Positions 21,463 to 31,312 of a stretch of DNA of 64,000 nucleotides are shown piece after piece. The stretch comes from Candidatus Latescibacterota bacterium (GTDB lineage: Bacteria > Latescibacterota > UBA2968 > UBA8231). The notes beneath the pieces were generated by a model that was given only the letters and a program-made list of their open reading frames with translations, made no database searches and was not told where the DNA came from. A program made the position numbers and the translations under genes. The number at the start of each line of letters is the position of its first letter. The stretch's first letter is position 1. The DNA lies in NCBI GenBank assembly GCA_965248265.1, contig CBDFJF010000002.1, positions 3,616,001-3,680,000 of the forward strand, in the 5' to 3' direction.

Positions 21463-23375
21463 TGCGCCCCCGTCTCCAGAATTGCCAGCCGACGACGCGC
21501 ACTGGCAGCAGACGCCTCATCACCCTGCCACAGGGCTAGGAAACGACGATACGAAGAAGCCGCGGTCTGCTTGCGGCCAAGGCGCTCGTGCAGGAGACCG
21601 AGATTGTAATACGGCTTGGGATAGGTGGCCTCGTGCTTGATGGCATTTTCGTACGCGGCAATCGCTCGCTGCCACTCGCCCTGGCCCTCCAGAGCGCCAC
21701 CCAGATTGAAATGGATCCTTGCGGCTCGCGGTTTCATCACCAGCGCTCTTTCGAAAGAGGCCTCGGCCTGTTCATAGTCACCCAAAGCCAGGTAGGTTGT
21801 TCCAAGGTTGTTCAACAACTCGGCTCGGGAGCCGGCCAGAGTCAGCGCATTACGAAGAAGATCCAGTGCCTCGACATGCTTGCCGGAGCCGTTATACAGA
21901 GTCGCGAGATTGATCATCGCCTCCGGATAGGACGGCAGAATCGCCAGCGCCTGGGTGTACGCCGCCTCGGCACCTGGGGCGTCGCCGAGAAGCTTGCGGA
22001 CGTTGCCAAGATTGTTGAGTGCCGGCGCATTTGCGGGCTTAAGCTCGAGGGCTATCTCGAATTCAGAGCGGGCGGCATCTAGCCGACCCAGCTTGCGGTA
22101 GGCCACACCCAATCGCACGTGGGCCCGATCGGAAGCCGGTGCTTTAACAACCGCATCCTCCCAGAGGGTGAGCTCGGAAGCCCAAACGGTATTGCGCTGG
22201 ACGGTCAAGGTGACGAAGACACACAACGTCAGCGCGACCAGTGACCGAGATCTCCTGACCAGAGGTTTCTGGACCTGCCAGACCACGAAACCCATCAACA
22301 CGGCCACTGCCAGGTAGAGGCGTCTCTCCGTCACCAGAACGTTCAACGGTACGATAACCGTCGGCATCAGCGCCGCGCCGATCCAGGCGAGAAAAAGCAC
22401 CGAACGGTCACGGCGCCGAATCCCGCACCAGACGAGGTAGCCGATGGAAACGATGCAGAGGGCACTGAGCCAGACAACGAGCATTGCTCCGGTACTGGTG
22501 GCACTGAAGGCATGGTCGACCGTCGACGGATGCGGCAGCAGCAGCAGCTTGGCGTAGTAGACGAGGCCCTTACACTGCGTCATCAATTGTGTGCTCAGTG
22601 AGCGCACAGGAAAATCCAGCAAAGCCTCACTGATAAGCCCTCTGACTCCCCAGAGGTAGGCCAAACCGATTGACCAGTATGGCCATTGATTTCTCCAGAT
22701 TTGCGACCACAATGCCATTGAGTGTCGAGCCTGCGGGCTCCCATGGCGTGCTGCTTCGACCAGTGGCAGCATCAGGAGCATGGCTATTGCCGAAGATTTC
22801 GACATCAATGCGCCAACGAAAAAGACCACTGACAACCAGAGATTGCCCCGATGTGAGCTTGGCTTGATCCCGCCGTACAGGATCGCGCTTGCCAGAACGA
22901 AGACGGTAGCCAAAGACTCTGAACGACTGCTGATATAGTTCACGGGCTCGCTCGCCAGCGGGTGGACCCCGAAAAGGCAGCCGACAACAGCGGCGGCGGT
23001 CAGCCCCCATCCCCAGCCAACCAGCAGCCTCATCAGCAAACCAACACAACACAGGTGAATGGCGAGATTGACCAGGTGATAGCCCCGGGGGTTCAGCTCC
23101 CCCAAACTGAAATTGAACGCATAGCTGAGCACGACGAACGGGCGGTACATCTCGCTGCCGGGATTACGCGAAAAGGTCTGCGGATCGGTGAAGAAATTGA
23201 CAACATTGTCGAGTGAGCGAATGTGTGGATTCTCGGTCAGCGAGTGCTCGTCATCGAAGTGGAATGCGTTGTCGAGGGAATTCCAATACGTCAGGGTTAC
23301 TACAGCAAACACGATGGCAAACACGGCAGCCGCGAGACCGAGGGAGCCGATGCCGTTGACGCGTTTCACCCTCAA
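21459..23375 (-). CDS. TMTC-like GT-C/TPR protein, copy 3
   Basis: FHFDDEHSLTEN, MYRPFV, HPLASEPVNYISSRSE, TVDH, PLNVLVTERRLY, TPRs. Confidence 0.88.
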   Translation of the reverse strand: MRVKRVNGIGSLGLAAAVFAIVFAVVTLTYWNSLDNAFHFDDEHSLTENPHIRSLDNVVNFFTDPQTFSRNPGSEMYRPFVVLSYAFNFSLGELNPRGYHLVNLAIHLCCVGLLMRLLVGWGWGLTAAAVVGCLFGVHPLASEPVNYISSRSESLATVFVLASAILYGGIKPSSHRGNLWLSVVFFVGALMSKSSAIAMLLMLPLVEAARHGSPQARHSMALWSQIWRNQWPYWSIGLAYLWGVRGLISEALLDFPVRSLSTQLMTQCKGLVYYAKLLLLPHPSTVDHAFSATSTGAMLVVWLSALCIVSIGYLVWCGIRRRDRSVLFLAWIGAALMPTVIVPLNVLVTERRLYLAVAVLMGFVVWQVQKPLVRRSRSLVALTLCVFVTLTVQRNTVWASELTLWEDAVVKAPASDRAHVRLGVAYRKLGRLDAARSEFEIALELKPANAPALNNLGNVRKLLGDAPGAEAAYTQALAILPSYPEAMINLATLYNGSGKHVEALDLLRNALTLAGSRAELLNNLGTTYLALGDYEQAEASFERALVMKPRAARIHFNLGGALEGQGEWQRAIAAYENAIKHEATYPKPYYNLGLLHERLGRKQTAASSYRRFLALWQGDEASAASARRRLAILETGAQ

Positions 23376-24559
23376 AGCGCCTGTATGCGGCGTGCGAGGG
23401 AAAGAAACTGCGGAGCCGCGGCGTAGTGATCCCTGCGTTCGATTATCCGGTTGTGAAAGGCCTTCCTCCGGTCCCGGTCCACCATCAGAACCATTTTTTC
23501 GAGCAGATCCTCCACGGAAGCGGACTTCGCCACCACCCCGAACTCCTCACGCTCTATCAACCTGCTGGCGGCCCCATCCGGCAGGGCAGCGACGACGGGT
23601 CGTGCATGGGCTATGTACTCGTAGAGCTTGCCTGGTACGGCGTAAGAGAACCTGGAGGAGGCCAGTGAAAGAAAGCCGACATCGGCCTGCTGCAGGGCAG
23701 CGGAAACCTGTCCAGAGCTGAGCAAGCCGCCGTATTCAACACCTCCCCGCTGTAGGTGTTGGCCCAGCGTCTGTTTCAAATAGAAGTTTTCTGGACCAAA
23801 CACGGTAACGCGAACCCTGTTTCGCAACTCGGGATGTCGTTTGCGCAGCTCCCCCGTCGCCGCGCATAACAGTTCCAACCCCTGAGCCGGCGAGATGGCC
23901 CCCGCGTAGACGAAGTGCGTGTCCTCGTGATCGCGAAAGGACAGTGCCTTCGCATCAACCTCATCCCAGTAGCCGTTGGCGGTGACCTGCAGCTTCTCTG
24001 CCGGTAACCCGTAGGTCGCTGACAACGATTGGCCGATCTCCTCGGTGGCCACGGAAACCAGGGCGGCACGGTCGAGGGCTCGCCTTTCCCAGAAGGCTGC
24101 GAGTGGTTTCTGCAACGTGGATTTGAGCCCGAGGTGATCATCGCGGTAATCGAGGACCAGGCGCGCGCCCGTCCGCCGGGAGGCCATGTACCCGGCGATG
24201 TGATCGGTCAAGGGTGGGTACACACTGACGATGGTGTCTTCGCTTGCTGCCGCCACCTTCCCCACACGAGCGGCCGCAGACGACACCCAGTTTACATGCG
24301 GGCAAGGCACCACGCCCGCGCGGTGCAGGAGCTCTCCTCCCAAATGCCAGGGGAAAGCACGTACCCTGTGCACGGGCAAATCCGCATCGTCTCCCAGCAG
24401 GTCCGTATCATCGACGAACGCCCCAAGAGCTCGTGACACGTTACCATGGGTTACAACCTCAACATCCAGACCTCCATCAGCCAACAACCGGGCAAACTTG
24501 TAGCGCCGGTAGGTCCGCGCCAGTGGCGGATAATGACAGGTAATGAAGCACGTCTTCAT
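23372..24559 (-). CDS. GT4 (GT-B) glycosyltransferase
   Basis: FITCHYPP, LVLDYRD, FVYAGAI, VPGKLYEYIAHARPVV. Confidence 0.85.
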   Translation of the reverse strand: MKTCFITCHYPPLARTYRRYKFARLLADGGLDVEVVTHGNVSRALGAFVDDTDLLGDDADLPVHRVRAFPWHLGGELLHRAGVVPCPHVNWVSSAAARVGKVAAASEDTIVSVYPPLTDHIAGYMASRRTGARLVLDYRDDHLGLKSTLQKPLAAFWERRALDRAALVSVATEEIGQSLSATYGLPAEKLQVTANGYWDEVDAKALSFRDHEDTHFVYAGAISPAQGLELLCAATGELRKRHPELRNRVRVTVFGPENFYLKQTLGQHLQRGGVEYGGLLSSGQVSAALQQADVGFLSLASSRFSYAVPGKLYEYIAHARPVVAALPDGAASRLIEREEFGVVAKSASVEDLLEKMVLMVDRDRRKAFHNRIIERRDHYAAAPQFLSLARRIQAL

Positions 24560-26394
24560 GGTACCTTCACGCCTGATCGTGACAAGCGCTCAATAGCCTT
24601 TGCAGCCCGGTCGCCGAATCCGGCGTACTCCTCGTGGCCCTGCAGCAAGTCACGGGCCCGAGCAAATCCGTGCACGGCTCCATCGGTGTCACCGAGGCGC
24701 TCTCTGATACTCGCCAGGTTGAACCACGCCCCACCTAACTCCGGATCGCGTTCGTCCTTCCAGTACAGAGAATCACGGACAGCTTGTTCGTACTGCTTCG
24801 CCGCCTCGTCGTATCGCTGGGACGCTTCAAACGCCTGGCCGAGATTGTTGCGCGCCAGGACGAAATGAGGGTCGAGTTCGAGAGCGCGTTCGAAGAAGCT
24901 TACCGCCTCGGTGAGGTCACCGGAGCGCTGTCTGAGATTACCCAGATTGTAATAGACTCCTGGGAAGCTCGAACTGTGCTTGAGCGCTTTGCGGTAGGCA
25001 TCCTCGGCTCCCGTCATGTCACCTTGGCTCTTGTAAAGGTTGCCGACGGCATTCCAGGCCTCGGCATTGTCAGGTTTCAAGCGCAACCCCTGGTTGAGCT
25101 CTCGCAGAGCCTCCTCCATCCTTCCAGCACGATCGTAGGCCAAGCCAAGATTCATTCGCGCCCGATGCATTGCCGGAGCCTTCGCCACCGCGTCCTCCCA
25201 CAGGCTCACGTCATCCGCCCACACCTGGTTGCGTTGAAGATTCAGCAGGCAAAACACGGCAACGACGGCAATGCCCATGGCGTGTACTCGCCTGCTCGCA
25301 GGCGCAATCCGTGTGGCCCATCGCTGCCACAACCAGCATGCGCCCAACAGCAAGCCTGCACTCGCCAGGTACATGCGACGTTCACTGACCAGAATGTTGA
25401 GCGGCATGACGGACGCCGGTGCCAGGGTGGCGATGAACCAAGCCCAACAGAAAAACAGCACCCTGCGGCAAGCAAGGACAGTGACGATGGAGATGGAAAC
25501 AAGGAAAGCAAACGCCAGCAGCACTTCCGGCGAGAATGGGCTCTTCGCCACCGAAAACTGGTGCTCGATGCTGCCGTCCACGGGAACCATCGTCAGCTTG
25601 AGGTAGTAGACGAAGCCTTTGAGCTGAGTCCAGGCTTGTGTCACGAACGAGCGTGGCCGGCCCTCGAGTGAACTACCCAAAAAGCGGTTGGCCGAAATCA
25701 GTGCGAGATAGAGGCCGGCTGCCAACCACAGGTACCAGTACCGCCACATCCCGGAGGCAGCCTGCCGCACACCATACCTGCAAAAGTCAAGCAAGGCAAC
25801 GACGAACGGCAGGGTTATGGCGATCGACTTGGCCAATAGGCCCAGCACGTAGGCCGTGGTTGTGATTGCGGCATGAGGACGTGACCTGGCGTTCCCGATG
25901 AGCGTGGCGAATCCAACCAGAAAACAGGTGGCGGCCAACAATCCCGACCGGCTACTGATATAATGAATGAGCTCCGAGTGCATGGGATGGCACAGGAACA
26001 CGAAGCCAGCACCGACCGCGATGGTAAGAGAGGCGAAGAGGCGGCGGGCAATCAGACACACCGCAAAACTGGCGATTACGTGCAGGAAGAGGTTGATGAT
26101 CCGAAATCCCAATACTTGCTGCCCTGAAACAGAGTAGTTGAGGGCATACGTGGTCAGCAGGACAGGTCTGTACATAAAACCGGAAGGATGGGACGAGAAC
26201 GTGCCCGGATCGACGAAGAAGCTGGGGACGTTGGCCAGCGACCGAATGTGAGGGTTGTACTGGACAGAATGGTGATCGTCATAGTGAAATGGATCATTGA
26301 GCGCCTGGAAGTATAGCACGGCGGCGAGCGCGCTGAGTGCAATGAATACGAGGATCGGACGGTCGACTTCCCCATTGCGCGTGCGGTCAGTCAT
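24556..26394 (-). CDS. TMTC-like GT-C/TPR protein, copy 2
   Basis: FHYDDHHSVQYN, MYRPVL, HPMHSELIHYISSRSG, SIEHQF, PLNILVSERRMY, TPRs. Confidence 0.87.
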   Translation of the reverse strand: MTDRTRNGEVDRPILVFIALSALAAVLYFQALNDPFHYDDHHSVQYNPHIRSLANVPSFFVDPGTFSSHPSGFMYRPVLLTTYALNYSVSGQQVLGFRIINLFLHVIASFAVCLIARRLFASLTIAVGAGFVFLCHPMHSELIHYISSRSGLLAATCFLVGFATLIGNARSRPHAAITTTAYVLGLLAKSIAITLPFVVALLDFCRYGVRQAASGMWRYWYLWLAAGLYLALISANRFLGSSLEGRPRSFVTQAWTQLKGFVYYLKLTMVPVDGSIEHQFSVAKSPFSPEVLLAFAFLVSISIVTVLACRRVLFFCWAWFIATLAPASVMPLNILVSERRMYLASAGLLLGACWLWQRWATRIAPASRRVHAMGIAVVAVFCLLNLQRNQVWADDVSLWEDAVAKAPAMHRARMNLGLAYDRAGRMEEALRELNQGLRLKPDNAEAWNAVGNLYKSQGDMTGAEDAYRKALKHSSSFPGVYYNLGNLRQRSGDLTEAVSFFERALELDPHFVLARNNLGQAFEASQRYDEAAKQYEQAVRDSLYWKDERDPELGGAWFNLASIRERLGDTDGAVHGFARARDLLQGHEEYAGFGDRAAKAIERLSRSGVKVP

Positions 26395-28201
26395 TGCTGT
26401 TCCCCAATGCATTCAGGGAATCAGCCTTGCGCGCCGCTGTGCCGGCGTATATTGCGCCGCTAAAGCCTGTCGCTATTTCGCGATAGGCATCCACCGCCCC
26501 GCTGACGTTGCCTTCACGCTCATACGCGATCCCCAGGGCCATCAGAGTCTCAGCAGTGCGTTCAACCTCAAGCGCACCTTGTAGACAGGTGATAGCGAAA
26601 TCGACCTGGCCATTCAATAACGCCAACAGCCCCTGATTGTGCAGGGACTTCGCATCCTCCCCTAACTTCGGCTGGAAGGCAAGGAGACCCTCCAAAGCCT
26701 CCCGCGCCTTGACGTACGTCGAGTCAAACCGAAGGGCGGTCTGATAGGCCTGGATGGCCTCTTGCGACCGTCCCATCGTCAACAGGGTGGAACCGATGTT
26801 GTTGTAAGTGACGACCCGGTCGAGACCGCTGATTAGGGAGGGATTCACCTGCAGGGCGGTGTAATAGGATTGCAGAGCCTCTGCGTACTTACCGCTCTTC
26901 TTCAGACCATCACCCAGATAGATGTGAGGCCGCGGCATGCCCGATCCCTTCTTGACCGCGTCCGCCCAGAGGGTCTGGCTGCTCTGCCAGATGCTTACCC
27001 GCACCCTGTCGTGCAGGGTGAACGAGACGGCCAACAGGATGACGATCGACCCAACCAGAAGAGTGTGCTCCCGGCTGTGCCGTGCGACCAAGAGAGCCGC
27101 GACCATCGCCAGCGCGATCGAGGGCAGGTACAGTCTGTGCTCGTTGACGAGCACGTTCAGCGGTATGATCAGCGTCGGCAGCAGAGTCACGAATGGCCAC
27201 AATATCCAGAACACACCGGAGGAATCCCCGGTCCTAACCACACCTATCCAGAGCAGAGTGCCGATCGATAGCAGCAGCAAGACTCCCCCTATCACCGCAT
27301 TCTCCGTGAAGGCGTGGCTGAGATCGAACTGATGCTCCACGGAAAGCGGGTACGGTATCATCAGCAGTTTCAGGTAGTATGTCAGAGCCTTGATCTGAGT
27401 CCACAGCTGTGTCCCCATTCCACGCACCGGTGCGTCGACGACAGCCTGATGCAGCATCTGGCGCACTAGCAAAAGATACACCAGTGAGACAACCCAGTAG
27501 GGCCACTGAACACGCCACAGGTGGCTGATCCGTGTGCGGAGATCCGCCACCGAGCGCATCAGCTCGTACAGGAAAAGGGCCGCAGGCAAGGTGATGCCGA
27601 CAGCCTTGGACAGCAGCGCCGCTGCGTAGGCGGCGACGGAGATCATCATCCACAAACTCCGAGGCGAATTCGCCACGCTCGTGCGCAGATACGCGTGGAA
27701 CGCGATCAAAAAAAAGACCGCGCACATCGACTCCGAGCGGCTGCTGACATAGGCGACTGCTTCGGCGTTGACAGGATGCAGACCGAAGACGATTCCGGCC
27801 GCCACTGCGCCCCAATTACTATGCGTAACGAACAGCGCCAGTAGCGCAACCAGACAGGTGGCCGCCGCGTGCAAGACGAGATTGGTCCAATGAAACCCGC
27901 CGCCATCCTGTCCATGAAGCTGGTAGTCGACGGCATGAGAGAGCAACACCAAAGGCCGGTACATGGCACTGCGTGGATCTTCGCTGAACATCTCGGGGTG
28001 CGAGAAATAAGCGGGCACATTGCTCAAAGAGCGGATATGGGGGTTCTCAACGATTGAGTGGAAATCATCGTATTGAAACGGGACATCTGAGACGCCAGAG
28101 TACACAAGAAGAACCACCGCGGTGAGAGACAAACAAACGAGAAACCGCCCGCCGTGGGAGTCTAGCACCAGCCCTGATCCGTAGCTCTTGAATGACTGCA
28201 T
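26387..28201 (-). CDS. TMTC-like GT-C/TPR protein, copy 1
   Basis: FQYDDFHSIVEN, MYRPLV, HPVNAEAVAYVSSRSE, SVEHQF, PLNVLVNEHRLY, TPRs. Confidence 0.88.
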   Translation of the reverse strand: MQSFKSYGSGLVLDSHGGRFLVCLSLTAVVLLVYSGVSDVPFQYDDFHSIVENPHIRSLSNVPAYFSHPEMFSEDPRSAMYRPLVLLSHAVDYQLHGQDGGGFHWTNLVLHAAATCLVALLALFVTHSNWGAVAAGIVFGLHPVNAEAVAYVSSRSESMCAVFFLIAFHAYLRTSVANSPRSLWMMISVAAYAAALLSKAVGITLPAALFLYELMRSVADLRTRISHLWRVQWPYWVVSLVYLLLVRQMLHQAVVDAPVRGMGTQLWTQIKALTYYLKLLMIPYPLSVEHQFDLSHAFTENAVIGGVLLLLSIGTLLWIGVVRTGDSSGVFWILWPFVTLLPTLIIPLNVLVNEHRLYLPSIALAMVAALLVARHSREHTLLVGSIVILLAVSFTLHDRVRVSIWQSSQTLWADAVKKGSGMPRPHIYLGDGLKKSGKYAEALQSYYTALQVNPSLISGLDRVVTYNNIGSTLLTMGRSQEAIQAYQTALRFDSTYVKAREALEGLLAFQPKLGEDAKSLHNQGLLALLNGQVDFAITCLQGALEVERTAETLMALGIAYEREGNVSGAVDAYREIATGFSGAIYAGTAARKADSLNALGNSND

Positions 28202-28211
28202 GGCGAGGGCA

Positions 28212-29188
28212 TCAAGTCCTGCTCGAGTGCATCAGTTCGAGTATCAGGTCTCGCTCTCTCTCCTCCATCTTTTCTCCGCTGAATTCTTCGATGCGCAATC
28301 TGCAACGCGCTCCGAGTTGCTCGACGAGAGATGGCTCCCCGATAAGCTTCTGGAAAGCGACTCGGTAGCTGTCAGATGATCCGTCCACGACCCATGCGCA
28401 TCCACCACTTCGGGTTCGGCATCCCATCTCGGTCGGTTAATCACGACTGGAAGCCCCAAAGCCATCGCTTCCATCACGGGCATACACACTCCGGGTTGCG
28501 ATATATTGATGGCGAAGACATGGTGGCCGACGAATACACCCGGTAGTTCGTGGTTGGGTACGGAATCGATGAAGGTCACTCGGCCAGCGACTCCAAAGCG
28601 GGCGGCCACACGCTCTAGCTGATCTCGCATGGGACCGGTACCCACCAGAGTCAACTCGGCGTCAATTTCTGCGAGCGCCTCTATCAGAGGACGCTGGTCC
28701 TTACCCGCAAACTGCCTGCCGACATTGATAATCTTCAATCGCTCTCCGGTCGCCATACGCGGCTTCAGATCGACGAACTTCTCCAGGAAAATCTGATTGT
28801 AGATGACTCGCACCTTGCAGCCGTATCCTGATTTTCTAACCAGTCGAGCGGCTGCTTCGTACTTCGGCACAATTCGATCGGCGTTGCGGTACGTGTACTT
28901 CTCCCAACCCAGCAACTTGAGTGCGATTTGATAAACAGTGATCTTGGCATAGCCCTTGCCATAGGGCATGACTGACCCCACCGGATGAATACATAGTTCA
29001 GCTCTACCGGCCACTCGCTGGACCTTCTTGGGCTCGGTGTCATCATCGGCAAGAACGAGGACATGAACGCGTTTGAACATCCCGCAAGGGTTCCAGTAGC
29101 GATCCTTGATCTCGCCTTTTTCGTAGGCCGTCCGCAGGTTGCCATCTGCCACGACGCCGTAGATGGCCACTACTGACCTCTCATTCAT
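28212..29188 (-). CDS. GT4 glycosyltransferase (frameshift near 28403)
   Basis: INVGRQFAGKDQ, LVGTGP, GVCMPVMEAMALGLPVV; the natural C-terminus GCAWVVDGSSDSYRVAFQKLI.. lies in ORF 28212-28427 and is restored by one extra G. Confidence 0.75.
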
Positions 29189-29197
29189 CGAGCCCTC

Positions 29198-30171
29198 TCA
29201 ATCAACCTGTCTCTCGTTCATGGCGAGCATCCGAAAGGCGCTGCCATAGTCATGCAGACTCATCGTCAGCATCAACGTCTGCATACAGAAGCGCCGCGGC
29301 CATGTCCACCGGCGCGACAGATTTTCATCAGGGGTCAGCGCATGGAGAAAGCGAGCCAGTCGGCCCTTTCCAGTATTCGGCCACTCGCCGTCGGGCAGTC
29401 GCGACCGGTAGGAATCCAGCATGTCGCGGAGGTACATCGGGAAGGAATTCACGGGGACCAGGCCTCCTCTTTGTGCCACGTCAATAGTCTCGACAGCGTG
29501 AATGAATCTCTGTAAAGGACCCCGTACATGTCGTACAACTTGGCCTCGAACGAAATCGCCACTCCCTCTCGAGTGGAGGGTAACTCTGATCCTCGCGCGA
29601 ACAACCGTCGAGCCCAGGCGATGCGCCTCTCGACATCATCTCCGGCCAGACGGTCGAGCAGATCGCACTGCAGGTTGTAGACGAAATGACCGTAGGAGTT
29701 GTAGATGAACGTGCACAGGTAACCGCCCGGTTTCAGGGCTCGCGACAGATTGCGAAAGGCGTGACGGGTGTCGGGCGTATGGTGAATACAACCCAGGCTT
29801 GACACGTAGTCGAACTCCCGATCCGGCATGGCATCGTCATCCAACACCGACTCAACTCGGAATTCGACATTGTCGATTCCGGCATCCATGGCAGCCTGGC
29901 GTGCGTACTCGATCGAACCTTCGCTGGAGTCCACTCCGACGACTCTTTCCGCACCGAGTTGCGCCAGGAACAGCGTCTCTTCCCCTGTCCCACAACCGAC
30001 ATCCAACACCGATTTGCCTCGAAAGAACTCATCTACATCGAGTCCCAGGCGGCCGTAAACGTAGCGGCGATGGCGCACGTACGTGGCCATGTCGTCCGGA
30101 TCCAGGCGAGGATAGCGCAAACGCGTGTACATCTGCCGCGTACGATCCTCGCGGATATTCCGCTCGCTCAT
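29198..30171 (-). CDS. Class I SAM-dependent methyltransferase (frameshift near 29462)
   Basis: VLDVGCGTG, FDYVSSLGCIHH, LKPGG; C-terminus GLVPVNSFPMY.. in ORF 29198-29479 restored by one extra G. Confidence 0.78.
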
Positions 30172-30172
30172 T

Positions 30173-31312
30173 TTAATCCTCCCCACGACCGGCCACAATT
30201 TCCTTCAGACTCCGGCGTATCGAATTCATGTTCTTCGCACCCAGCGAAGACAGTCGTGCCAGACCACCCCACCAACCAGCGTCGAACACTTCCGTCCGCA
30301 GCACTCTGCGCAACCGGCGAATCTCATGCGCACGCACCTGGGCAGCCCAAAAGCGGTCATAGCGATCGGCATGCAGTTGGCGGGAATACTCATCAAGGCG
30401 ATCCAGTACGTTCTGCTTCGACGTCCCACGCACCTCCTGCACGATACAATCATCCGCCATCGTCACTGGAATGACGTGCTCGATGCGTGCCTTGCCAGAA
30501 CTCACTTCAAAGGTAAGCAACAACGATTCACGAGATTCCTCGTCGAATGCCAGTTGCTGGTCCTCGTAATCGGGAAACAGAAAGTTGCCCAGACTGTAGC
30601 AGATCACACCGTCATTCCACTCCTCGATGCCCTGAATGGCATGGGGATGATGACCGATAATGATCCGCGCCCCCCAGTCCACGATATCGTGGGCAAGATC
30701 GAGGTGCGAGGGTGGCGGAAAGTGGATGTACTCTTTTCCCCAATGCAGGGATACGATGATACAATCCACTCGCTCGGCCAGCTCCTTCACATCCTGTTCA
30801 ATCATCACGCTCTCCAGCGGAGCCACGCCGGCATTCGTCGCCGATGCCGGTAAGGCCCCGACCCACGGATGAGTGGAGGCGTAGGACAGAAACCCGAGAT
30901 CGAGTCCGTTTCGCTGGATCACGACCGCCTCGCGGGCGCTGTTGATATCTTCGCCGGCTCCGACTGCTGCTATCTCCAGGCGGCTGAGCTCTGATTGTGC
31001 CAGTGCGAGCCCCTCGGCTCCAAAGTCGAGACTGTGGTTGTTGGCCTGAGATACGATCTGGATGCCCATCTGCTCCAGCAACTTCAACTGGCCGGCAGAG
31101 GCGCTGACCAGATACTCAGCAGGATTTGGCGGTACGCCATCCGTGCCGGAGCAAGTGCAATCCAGGTTGGCAATCGCGAGATCGCTCTGGCGCAGATGTT
31201 CGAGAACTTCTCTCGAACCGGACACGAAGCCATCGCCATGGCTCTCGAGACTCCCACCCAGGGCCAGGTCGCCGACGGCGCACAAACGAACCGATGTTGT
31301 GGTTTCGTCCAT
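30173..31312 (-). CDS. CapA/PGA_cap-family metallophosphoesterase-like protein
   Basis: AVGDL, ANNHSLDFG, VSLHWGKEY, IIGHHPH, YSLGNF; start overlaps upstream stop (TAATG). Confidence 0.88.
   Translation of the reverse strand: MDETTTSVRLCAVGDLALGGSLESHGDGFVSGSREVLEHLRQSDLAIANLDCTCSGTDGVPPNPAEYLVSASAGQLKLLEQMGIQIVSQANNHSLDFGAEGLALAQSELSRLEIAAVGAGEDINSAREAVVIQRNGLDLGFLSYASTHPWVGALPASATNAGVAPLESVMIEQDVKELAERVDCIIVSLHWGKEYIHFPPPSHLDLAHDIVDWGARIIIGHHPHAIQGIEEWNDGVICYSLGNFLFPDYEDQQLAFDEESRESLLLTFEVSSGKARIEHVIPVTMADDCIVQEVRGTSKQNVLDRLDEYSRQLHADRYDRFWAAQVRAHEIRRLRRVLRTEVFDAGWWGGLARLSSLGAKNMNSIRRSLKEIVAGRGED

Noticed and set aside
9371-29465. Frameshifts as phase variation or programmed recoding
   Set aside because: The sites are 1-2 base runs, with no long homopolymer tract, slippery heptamer or evident stimulatory structure.
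30173-31312. Poly-gamma-glutamate capsule locus
   Set aside because: Only a CapA-family gene is present; capB and capC are absent from the window.
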